The position numbers and the translations under genes were made by a program. Below are positions 52,823-64,000 of a DNA stretch of 64,000 nt, one piece after another. Source of the DNA: Sphagnum compactum (taxonomy: Eukaryota); the NCBI GenBank assembly GCA_965153455.1, contig OZ234493.1, positions 5,580,001 through 5,644,000 on the forward strand, given 5' to 3'. Numbering within the stretch: position 1 is the stretch's first letter; each line of letters starts with the position of its first letter. The notes under the pieces are model-generated. The model did not search any database, was not told the DNA's origin, and saw only the letters and a list, made by a program, of their open reading frames with translations.

Positions 52823-55800
52823 TCTCCATTCCATTCCGAAAGGCCCAACGCTTTTTGGCAGGGTATCAAAACTTTTAAGAATTGGGTTTGTTTAGGGTCA
52901 GGAGTTTCAGTCTATTTATAGATCCATGGAAGTTTGTGCTCAGGGGTTAGGAATGGTTGAACATTACCAAAATGAAAGGAGTTTAATTGAACATAAAGCA
53001 CTTGGGAGAAATTTCCTAGTGTATCTGGCAGGCACCTTGTATCTGTGAATATGTCTTCTAAAAGAGAGGAGGGATCTTATGTCTTCATACTTCTCACCAA
53101 ATTTTCTTCTTTTTCAATTTTAATCTCATTTTATTTAATGCATCTATATATTTGGCATATTCTTTCCATTTTTTCTCTCAATATTTTCAAATTTACAACA
53201 TAATTAATTCCTCTATAATATCGTATATGTCCATGCTTGTTTTGCACTACAAGTTTTGCAACACATACAACGATTAGAAGGTTTTTTCTTTTCCTACGTT
53301 TTTTAAAAATTCTTATCAATTTGTTCTGATTTAACTTCCATACTTATTATTTCCTAGAGTTGTATGTATATGGTTGTTTGGCATTTACAAGTTTAATAAC
53401 CAATTTAAACTTGTAATATAGAAAATAAATAAGATTGTTTAGTTGAATATTACAAGTTTAAATTGGTTTTCATCCTTTCCATACTTTATTAGAATCTTGT
53501 AGCTTGGGAAAAAGCTTTGGATTTATGGAATGTATTCTAATAGGTTAATAAATCTTTAAATTTCAATTGAAACTTCACTTTGAAAGTGTGAAAAAAAGGT
53601 AAGAATAATGGTAAAAGAGATGAAGGTTTATTGATTTAATTATTTTCATACCTAGGGATATTTGTAAATTTGAAATTTTATACAAGTGACATCATAATAT
53701 TTGAAAATTTTAATAATTTGTTTTAATTCTATAATCTTTGAGATGACATTATTTAGGATAGAATAGCTTATCACGGACCAATAGATAGTGACTAAACAAC
53801 AATTTTAAATATGTTGACAACTGCTTTAGTTTTTTGTTATGTGGATTACCATTCAAATGGACACCTATCACTAAATGTTCAATCATGAATACTATGTTTT
53901 GAAATTCTAACGATACGAAATGCCTTTGGGAAATTAAGTGTTTGGAAATAGGGGGCCAGACACCTCACTTTTAAAGTGGGGTAGTTTGGAGTGCACTTAA
54001 ATACAATTGTACCGATGTAATTTTTTGTTTGGTAATAGGGTTCTGTAACAACAATATAATTATTACGAGTTGTAATTGTAAATAATAGTATTATAACTTG
54101 AGGTAATAATGAAAAATTATGTATGTAAACTTGATTAAATTTTTAATTTTAAATAACGTAAGCTCTATTCATAAAAGAATGAAAAGCTATAAATAACATA
54201 TGATTAATGGTTTAACATAAAAGGATGATAAATGAGGATTATATGTAAATAAATGTTATTATCCATTCATTCATTTCAGTATATAAAACAGTGATTGGAC
54301 TTTAGGCTCATAATTTATAGTTAATATTTTACTGTTGTTAATTATTACTAAAATTCGTAAAAATACCATATGTGAAAATGAATATTTGAAAAATAAACAT
54401 AATGTGAATATTGTCAATACCATTGCGAAAAACTTATGGTCTTTCTTAAATGATCTTTATAAAGAAGAATTTTTAAGCGCATGTAATGAACTTTCTTTTG
54501 AAATATAATTTTCACATCAAGATTCGGCTTTAGAATGTCAAGTTTTATGTTTTTAAATTTTGTAAAAGAGGAATATTGTAAATGATATATTGTAGTATGG
54601 TTGAAAAATCTACCTATGTAATAAAAGGAATTTAATAAAATATTAACCCTCATAGTTTTAGACCCCTTTAAAGTACATGTCAAAACAATGTTAAACAATA
54701 ATTATGTGATTATGAATTTGAGATTTTATGCATAGACAAATTCAAACAAGTGTTTGAAAATAATCTTAGATGAAGAAAAATAACATACATGAATTTTAAA
54801 TTTTTTACTTTTGCACATCAAAATAAACAACTTGCCTTATTTTAGAATTCCCATCAACACAATCTATTATGGCACTAAGACAATTTTAAATATAATTGGA
54901 ACAAAAACCAAGTAAATCAATTAAAGACTTTCCGACCACATTTCATATATTGCATTTTTTCATCAAAAATCATGCAACAACAAGGCAAGGGCAAATATTT
55001 TTATAGTCTTAGAATAAAATTGTGTAATTATAGATTAAGCATGCACATCAAGGAGAAAGTGAGTTGCAAAAGTTTCAAAATTATTTAGAAAGATTATAAT
55101 AAGGGTTTAGACAACAATTAACAACAATTGAGATCAAGAAAGCAATAAAAGTCGACCCTAATGCAAGGGAAGTCAAGAAAGAAGTTCTTATTGCATTTGA
55201 AACTATGGAAAAGTTAGAAGAAACTCCTATTACATATGAAATCAAAGAGAAGGTAGAAAAGCTTGAAGAAATAAATATAGTGTAGAAAGTTAGATTTGAG
55301 TGGCATACCAAAGTTAGTCCATGAATACATTGTGAAATATTCAAACTACTTCTATTATCATTTAAATTCAACAATCTACATTTTTTAAAATGCCATTTCG
55401 CACTAATAGTAATAGGGGTTATGAATTTCCTCTTATTCTATCATGTTGCACCTTGAAATACATTTTCACTACATGCACATCCACAATCGATGTCACATTA
55501 GATTGAAAAAACTTTATTAAATTTTATGAACTACTTATTTTTTATGAGGAAGTGAAAACCTATGCAATTGAAAACTTTATAGATTTAACACAATTTTTGA
55601 TATATTAATTTTGATATAAAAAACACAAATTTATACCTCTTCTAAAACTTAAACAAACACCCCCAAATCCTTAGAAATTGGAACCATGTGTCCAATAGGG
55701 TTAAAATGAATGTACAAATGTGAAAGGTGGCTTTACACTGATCATTACAACTTACTAGGGGTGCACTATTGATAGATTGCACTCCAATTACATTTGAATG

Positions 55801-56002
55801 TGCCATGAAAATGACAAATGATATTTCACATAATAATTATGAAGACCAAGAAAACCAACATTCGCAACATGTCACCCCAACAACACAACATAATCAACAT
55901 TTAAAATCAACCTTAACACAAACACAATAACAAAACAAAATTCAACCAAAATTAACATAACACTAAAAGTTTTTAAATAGGCAAAATAAATAGATCAATA
56001 AC

Positions 56003-56153
56003 TAGAAAATGCCATGGATATAGTGGAGAAGGGACACACATTTGTACGAAAGGTTAACATGTACTAGAACATTCCCCTAACTTCAATTTTAGATCACCCC
56101 AATAGTACAACTAGAAGTAGAAAAGTGGGCCCTTGAGGTGTGTTAATAGAATA
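56003..56153 (+). mobile_element. pogo/Fot1-like (Tc1/mariner superfamily) transposase N-terminal HTH_psq fragment, cut by a CACTA terminus
   Basis: Reads LENAMDIVEKGHTFVRKVNMY*NIPLTSILDHPNSTTRSRKVGP*GVLIE, a pipsqueak-type HTH pattern, and stops abruptly at CACTA 56154. Confidence 0.6.
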
Positions 56154-59100
56154 CACTACTAAGAGATGTGGCCAAGTTTACCTTGTATTTCACTAGGATT
56201 TTGAGTGAACTAGGACATATTCACTATATGAAATCATGGTAAAACATGTTAACCCCGTAGTGAATGGGGACCAGTTGTTACGGACAGGTCAATTAAGCTA
56301 ATGAAATAATATGACAATAAGTGATGCCCAAATGTAGGTGGAAATTACACCTATTAGTTAAATCAACCTATGACACTAAGTCATTTAAGAAGGTTTTTTC
56401 ACCAAGTGTGGTTAGTTAATTTAAATTATTTTTTCATATTGTGTTTAGTTAATTTAGGAAAGTTTTTTCACAAATTATGGTTGGTTAATTTAGGGAGATT
56501 TTTCCATATGTTAACCATTAAATATGGGTAATTAACTTCATAATATTTTCATCTTGTAATTTCCATGTGTCCATCTAAGAACTCAAGATGACAAGTATAG
56601 AAACATGCATAGAAACTTGTAAGGTTTGATGATCTTTGTTTGAACTTTTAGTGTGCTTGCAATTTATACAAATGAAGAGTCATTAGTACCCTTGGATGAC
56701 ATTATTGCCCTAGATTGCCTAGACTTACCACATTAATAAATTTATGACAATGGACAATTTGAGCGAAACAAATTTGGTGAAACACAATAATTGTGAGAAG
56801 ATAGGTGGATAAAAGGAAAACTAATAGAAATTGAAATTAAAGTCTCCACCAAGCCAAATTCCATACAATTGTTTTATTTCAACATCTAAGTGGCTTATTC
56901 CAAAGTGCGTTTTAATGTGCCAATGGGTCTTCTGAATCAAATTTTGTTCAATACTAATGGTAAACTAATGTTTGGGATCTATATAGTCTCACAATCATGC
57001 CCTCATTTGATGCTTGGAGACCACCAACCACCATGAGCTGCAAAAATTCAACCGAAAAAAATCAATGCCATAACATGCTTATAACTAACTAGATAAAAAC
57101 ATGAAATTACCAATGAAGTGTATTGAATGCATTTGCAAAAACTAAAAAATAATCACAACAAACAATTGAGCATCACCATGATTATAATTAGTGAACATGG
57201 TTTTTTCAATTTTGTACTAGCAGGTTTTTAATAGGGTTGTGTAAAGTTAGGCAGTCAATTTCCTTAATAATAATTAGCATGCTGAACACAATATCAATCT
57301 ACACTACTAGGCAAATATTTTCTACACAATTCCCAAGACTTGGCTTAAGAGAACTCTCACAAGGTGATTTTGCTGGCAAGTAAATATTTTGTCCACTACC
57401 CATAAATTGCCTTCCATCTAGTTGGCTCGATTTTGCTGTTGAAACTGTATCTTGTTGTTTTGTAAGTGTTTTCTTGTCTGTATTAATGGTCTCACCATCT
57501 GCCAAAACATTAATAACATGTAAACTCACATCAATAGGTTGCCTCATATGAATTCTAATGCCATAGTGTGTGCAGTATATGGAAAAGTTTGCTTTTGTGA
57601 TTCATATATGACATTTTGTGGATCTAGAACCTATACCAACATGCATGATATTGCACTCACTATGTGTTCAATACAATAGAGTTGCAACAGTGGCATGTTC
57701 GTTAATTCAATATGCACACGACTTTGATGTTTCTTTATTTAGAAACAAGGTTCTACCTTACAAGAATGCATGGCAACGTTGTCCTCCTCTTCTCTAGTAC
57801 CATCCTCCTCCATGGTCTCATTTGAGGATACACTAGCAACAAGATTTGCCAATAACACCATCCACAAAATCTTTTGAGGACAATGTACACCCCAAGACAC
57901 TTCCTTCGCATGATAAGGGATATCTTTCTATGTATTCATGACATTGACAAATGAATGGAGGTTAAAATGACCTAAAACATGATAACAATTCGGTGATAGT
58001 CCTAGAGGTCTTTGAAGAAAAAGTCCAAAAACAATCACAACAATAGGAAACTTGAGGATGAAATAATCATAAATTAGGTCTTTACCATATTGCAATTGAG
58101 GCCAACTTTGTCAAGATTCCCATAGTTGAATGGTGGTTGAAGGTCATACTCTATAAAAAGTTGCGCAACTTGGGCTGTAATTTTATTGGTTATCAAAGTT
58201 GTAAGCTGAAAAACCATATCAATTCTAGAGGATACGCCCGTTTTTGTGATGATTTTGTCTTAAAAAATCAGAGCACCCAAATCCCACACAATAACGTCAA
58301 CAGTTCCAAAACTAATCTTAAAAAGTTGATTTTGCAATTTTTAAAAATTATGTGAAGTTATAGGGCAGCTTCACATTTGCAACATGGACAACACAAATGG
58401 CACACAAACACACAAATTGAAAATGCTAGTAAGCAATGCCACACAATTGCTTTAAGATGTGAAGGAAAGATCTCAAATATCTAGCACCATAATTGCTCAA
58501 CATGCTTGAATTTCTACAAGTTCATAAGTGACCAAAAAGGACAATATGCAAAACAAGCAAACATGTGGGATACATATGTCAAGATCTGAAGATTATTACT
58601 TACCTTGTTTAGGGGAATTGTCCATGGTGAATCAAATATAGGAGTCATTCAAATGAAATTCCTACTTAAGGATTATTCATGAAACCTTGTGTTTCTTGTA
58701 AATCATCATCTAAATTGTAGATGGCTTCAGCTTGTGCTGCCTCAGCTGTTGCTTGCTCCACTTGTGCTACACCAACTTCATCATCCTCAATATCCATGTT
58801 TGCAGGGAACAATTATTGACTCATGGAAGATTGTGTGACCAATTCTTCATCCAAAGCTTGCATTCCTAGAACATCTTCAACTTCATGTATCACCTTACAA
58901 GCTCGAAGCTCCTTTTGGATAGCTACTTTCCAATCTGGATTTAATGTGTCAGAAATAAAAAACACTTATCCTCCCCACATGCATAGAAAAAAAATGTTTA
59001 AAATTTTCAATTCACTTTAATGTGGTTTAAATGTTTGGAAATGTCAATGTAAATAGTACACTATACTATTTTACCTGAGAAATTGTTGATGGAAAAACAT

Positions 59101-59795
59101 AAGGTTGTGAGTGTTTTGGCAATCTTCTTGCATAATTAACAAGCCAAAATCCATACTGATCTTGTTGAATAGTCTGAACCCCACATAGATTTGATGGAAT
59201 CCAAAATGCACGAAACAAAATACGCTTCATGGTTGTATAAGAAACAACCAAAATCTCTTTCAAGATTCCCACATAATATAGGTTTGTTGTACTAACATTG
59301 CGGTCCCTTGTAGAAGAGCGATTCCCTTGTATGAAAATGCATGCAATTCCACTATCATATGTCGTGGCAATCACCTATTTCACCTTCCACAAGGTAATGG
59401 TTTCCATAAGCCCACATTGAAGCATATGATTCTACATTTCTAGATGGAGGTTGGGAGAGGCAAATGATGTTTTCATTGAGGGGCTCATTGCAATCTAAAG
59501 CCCTGCGGACATTAAAACAACATTGAAAATTGGGGCAGTAATGAATCAATAGCAACATCATTTTCCATTCTTTCAAGTCTAACATCATGATTGAGGATGA
59601 GAATTTGCATTCAAGAGTAATTTGTGACCTCTTTTTGAATCCAGAGAACATGAGGCATGCCAAAGTCGCTTGGAAGAGGCTAGAAGGCAATATAGACAGG
59701 AAAGGCATGGTGTTAGAAGAGGTCAAATGGCAAGAGCATTTCCAGCACACTTGGCCATGGATATACCCCCTTTTGGTGAATGGTTGCATGAATTC
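56154..59795 (-). mobile_element. Truncated CACTA element with a TnpD C-terminal (DUF4216-like) remnant
   Basis: Terminus CACTACTAAGAGATG, with subterminal CCCC.TAGTGAATGGGGACCAGTTG shared with the 39253 element. The minus strand reads SMWAYGNHY.. TYDSGIACIF..YYVGILKEI..QDQYGFWLVN..QPYVFPSTISQ|VFFISD..WKVAIQKELR. The other TIR was not found. Confidence 0.75.
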
Positions 59796-60345
59796 AAGAA
59801 TGATTTTGTCATTGGATTTTGTGGGACACCTATTCAAAATATAAGTCACAGTTTTCATTGGCTCTACCCACAAATGGTTTGGATTTTGTGTTTTGATCAT
59901 CATTGATCGTGCCTTCTCCATAAAAAATCTATTCATACATTTTGCCACACCATTTTGTTTTGGGGTTCTAGCTTGAGTTAATTGACGATGGATTCCTATT
60001 TCTTGACAATACGAAATTAACTTGTTAGAATCTTCCACAATCTGAGCAGAGAACCTTGATTGGGTGTTCAATCAATCTTTCACTATATTCTCCAAATATT
60101 TTGAATATTTTTAAAGCTTCACTTTTTCTCTTAAGGAAGAAAGTCCATACCTTATGAAAATAGTCATTTACAAGGGTCATAAAGTAGAATGATCCACTAA
60201 GAGATTTGATTGGAAATAGTTCACAAATATTAAAATGTATCAATTCATTGATAGTTGTTGCACAAATTTGACTTCTTGGAAACTGTTTTCTATGTTTTTT
60301 TTAAGTTGACATGCTCTACAAACATTTGAACAAATGGGAAATTAG
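59796..60345 (-). mobile_element. Ty1/copia integrase fragment (frameshifted)
   Basis: Reads CRAC..KHRKQF, IHFNIC..SGSFYFMTLVNDY..VWTFFLKRKSEA..IKVLCSDCG, then YCQEIGIHRQLTQARTPKQNGVA..NR...EKARSM..LW..TVTYILNRCPTK. Confidence 0.85.
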
Positions 60346-61229
60346 ACAACTTATTTTCAATGTCATTATTCTACTTTTTAACTATCTATTTTTGATACAA
60401 AAGGTAAAATATACTAGCATTGTTGAAATATATATCCATCTACTAAGTCACTAGTAATTTGCACACATTCAAATTTGAAAAATATTTTTTTCATAATTTT
60501 ATAATTATTTCATTATGTAAAATTGACTTAACTTTTTATTAGGAAAATTAGTTGTTTATTCACTCAAATGAGACTTTTTTAAACTGAAAAATTGCCTTAC
60601 AATCAACTTGGGATTCGCATATTGTTGTGCGAGTGTTATGGCTAGCCATTAAACCATGAAAGTACAAAGAGTTTTTTTTTTTGGTGGAAATGCAATTCCA
60701 TCAAATGAAAACATTTAATGACATTGTGCAATGGTGGGTAATTTGGAAATGTGTTATTATTGGTCAAGCCCAATGCTAAATAACATTTCCCAATGGTTGA
60801 TATCTAATACACAATTGGGTTTTGGTTCACATACATAATGAACATGAGATTTGTGTAGTCATCCTGCAAGCCCCCTAAACCTAGGGGCTTGAATCCCGAG
60901 GGGAAGAAGAGGAAACCACATAGGTTAGTTAAAATTTTAATCCAAAACTGTGAAACCTAGGGAACCTAAACCCTAAAACCCTTTTAGATCCTTGGGGAGG
61001 AAGAGGAAGAAAAAGAAAAAAAGCCATGAATATAAAAATCAAGGATGGGAACCCAACCATAAAAAACATAAGGCAAATGAAAGCACAAGTAGACACAACC
61101 CAAAGAAAAAACAAAAGCAAACAATCAACAAAAGTAAAGTAAAAATCCTATGCAATTAGGACCCATGGCTACAAAATGACGATCAACAATAACAAAGAAG
61201 ACCTAAAATGAAAGAATTGTCATTTGCCA

Positions 61230-62950
61230 CAAATTGGCTAGTGGCATAGGTGCAATAGCTATGATGAAAAGCCTTGACCAAGTGTAATAGCCTGCTAAAA
61301 ACTCGCTATGGCTTGTGCACATTGTAGGGTTATGGACATGTGTTGTCTGTTAAAAATCAAACATCAAAGAGACTAAAGAAGACCGTTAATGACATGCGAT
61401 AGTGGTTTATGCATAAATAGTAAAAAATGAATCAAATCGAGAATGAAAACAACCATACATCTCAATAACAAGGGGAATGAAGTCATTGTCTAATGTTTGC
61501 TCAATTGTATGATCATGTGTTCTCCTGAGAAGCCATCATTGCTACATGTGTTATCGTTGTCGATGCTTGTTGCACCATATTTGTGTGAGTTGAATCAATA
61601 ATGACAACATCCATCAAAGTTCAAAAGTCGTTTCTGGTGGTAAGGATATCCACTTGTTGTTAGGTGTGGTAAGGGAAAAGGAGGGAAACTTCCTTCTAAA
61701 CATGTGCTCCACTCTCCAAACCAATATTTGTGATAGTATTTTGAAGTGTGCCGGGGGCTATCGTATGCTCACTCCCGTAGGGGCATCGAAGTAAATAGTT
61801 ACCTAGATCATCAATGGTATGACCACATTAACACCATGAAAAATGGGGAACTATAGGATGTGGCAAGCCAAGACGAATATGTAGTGTAGTAAGAAAATGG
61901 GCTAAGGATAAACAAAATGCAAGTGTGGTAAGACGAACTAATAACTAAACGCTTGCCCCTAGACCCACACATGAGTAAAACATGTTCACATGATATCCAA
62001 AGGAAAATCTATTAAAAGTGAAGCAAACTCTTGTTTGTGTAGGTGATCTGCCAAAGAAACCTACAACTAAGGATAAGATTGAACCATTAGGTTTTCAAAG
62101 AGTGGGACCTAAGAGCAAACAATTTGGGGTAACATGGTTTAGACATTTCATAGTGCCATCTAGAACAAAGAAATGCCAATATCAACATGTGTACTACATC
62201 CAAAAAAAAAGGCAATCATCCTATTAGAAATGAGTGATAATTGTAGGAACGATTAATGCCTAACACCTTAAAAATGCGAAGGTAGTAGTCCGAACCACAA
62301 AAAGGAGGCTAAATCCGCTCGAAGATGTCAAAGGAGTGGCATGACGACAAATTAAGTGATTGATAAAATCGCTGAAAGACCCCACACCAAATAACTTTTC
62401 CAATATAGTTATGGTATGAATACTGAACTCAACATAATGCTGCAAAATACTTGGAGATGGAAACATGGTACGAAGTAAGTAGCTCGAACACTAGGCATAA
62501 CACAACGAGAGTATTGTAAACATGGGGAAATTGGATGTCATTTCAAAATCTTCATGAAGAGCCTAACCACAAACGATTCAACGAATGATGTAGATCTTAC
62601 TGGTGCGCCCAAAATATGAAAACTCGAGTCGGGAGTAGGAAAGCCAGGAGGAAATGACATAAAATTTTCCAACCCCTTTGGAGACTAAGCTACACATTTC
62701 GCCGACTGCACTGAAAGCCTTAATGCTGATAACTCATGTTGCAATCGTAAAAATGTAAGAATCACATCTGATGTGGGACCTATATGTGTATCATTTGGTA
62801 AGGAAGGGAAAACACAAGTAGGGTAGGCTGTTACTATAAGGTGAAAAACGCAAAGGTGAGCCAAAGTAAACAACACTCCTCCCAATGGGTCCCCCTATTG
62901 TGTACCTAATTTTGACGAAATGAGTATGAAAAGAACACATAATTAAAACA
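61230..62950 (-). mobile_element. Degenerate non-LTR retrotransposon, RT plus restriction-like endonuclease (CRE-like clade)
   Basis: RT motifs GTQ*GDPLGG (~62877-62906) and FPSLPNDTHIG (degenerate xADD). An RLE-type tail ..DNDFIPLVIEMYGCFHSRFD occurs at ~61440-61490. Many stops. Confidence 0.75.
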
Positions 62951-62999
62951 TTTGTTTTAGTTTTTCATAAGCAATTAGAGTCAATTCCAAATCCTACCC

Positions 63000-63350
63000 C
63001 ACTTCCATTAACATGATTACACCACACGAACCCTTGCTCATGTAAGGGAGTATGTTCGAGTGTATGTACACTAGTTTCGAGCACACCTGTAGCCCCATTT
63101 GAAGAAACCACGAATCCTTCACCTTTTCCATCCACTTGCTAAGGTTGATCTCCCTCTTTTCATCAATGATTTCCATCCTAAAATGGAAGTTACTTTAGAT
63201 TGGGAGGCATTTGTCTCTGTTTTAACCTGTTCACCACATTTTTTTTCTTGCGACCCCTCAAATATGGTGTATGAACTTTTATAAAACGATATTGTCCTAG
63301 ATGATTCTGCGAATGGCTTTGACCTATTTTTCAAAGTACAAACCACAATT
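63000..63350 (+). mobile_element. Oppositely oriented pre-RT fragment of the same kind of non-LTR element
   Basis: Reads DLPLFINDFHPKMEVTLDWEAFVSVLTCSPHFFSCDPSNMVYELL*NDIVLDDSANGFDLFFKV, resembling the region preceding RT domain 1 (S..GP.G..YE.L). Confidence 0.55.
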
Positions 63351-64000
63351 TGCTTAGCATATTTTGTTTACAACTGGGACCTTAAACCTCAATCTTGAAA
63401 ACCCCAACTCAAAAATTCCTTTTAATCCCCTTTAAACCCTAAAAATATTGCCCTAAAATAGTATTTACAAACAAAACGAAAAAATGAAAAGGGGACATAT
63501 GGCAACAGACTCACGAAAACCCAAAGAATGGATGGGAATGGTAATGAACCTAGTTGCAAATGCACCAATGTTTGTGTGCTTGTGCTAACGTTCACGGACC
63601 CTATTTGACTACCTAGTCTGTTTTGCCTTGCTCTTGTCTTGCTTTATGTTGGCCTGCCTTGCTCTATATGCTTGGCCTTGCCCCTGCTTTAAACACTACT
63701 ACTACTAGTACTGCTACTATTACTACACTCTCAAACATTGACTGTTTTCCCAATTGTTGCTACAAGGTCGTCAAATACACGAATCGATAGAACTAGGATG
63801 AGATCCCACTCTTAAGGTTAGGTTGACAGGCGATTGTTGATGATTGTTGATGATCGTGCAACTGTTCTACTCAAATCAAAGGGCCCTTGCTTTGAAGGGT
63901 TTTGGGTTTTTATAGCTTCTTCCAGTGACGGCAGTGCGCACTCAGCAAGGGGCTATTGCAGTAGACGATGCATTGGTGTGTGAAAGGCAATGGACGTGCT

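Noticed and set aside
59355..60071. 238-aa ORF as a novel integrase-fusion protein
   Set aside because: The integrase is frameshifted with decayed catalytic residues, and the downstream part is degenerate TnpD. It is a chance read-through across a junction.

Overview
AT-rich, intron-containing land-plant nuclear DNA. The repeat families suggest a bryophyte such as Sphagnum, which is an inference. There are four apparently intact genes: a PRP22/DHX8 DEAH-box splicing helicase (7093-11353 +, one intron), a DREB-type AP2/ERF factor (15397-16317 +), an intronless CCS52/FZR/Cdh1 APC/C activator (20662-22251 -), and a 7-exon uncharacterised protein of about 425 aa with an internally duplicated helical module (49098-52822 +). 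The rest is mostly decayed transposons. These include a degenerate Rep-PIF1 Helitron-like element with an HLE2 signature plus two non-autonomous HLE2-like copies, a complete non-autonomous CACTA (AGT TSD) filled with a drifting fold-back satellite, a solo LTR (TACAA TSD), a pogo/CACTA/Copia nest, a CRE-like RT-RLE non-LTR element with an inverted 5' piece, and several MITEs. Decayed fragments of unrelated host genes (CPP1-like, MGGAC-LRR, RAD16-like, Agenet) are scattered among them. No rRNA, tRNA or CRISPR was seen. All homology calls come from motif recognition by eye, with no database search.
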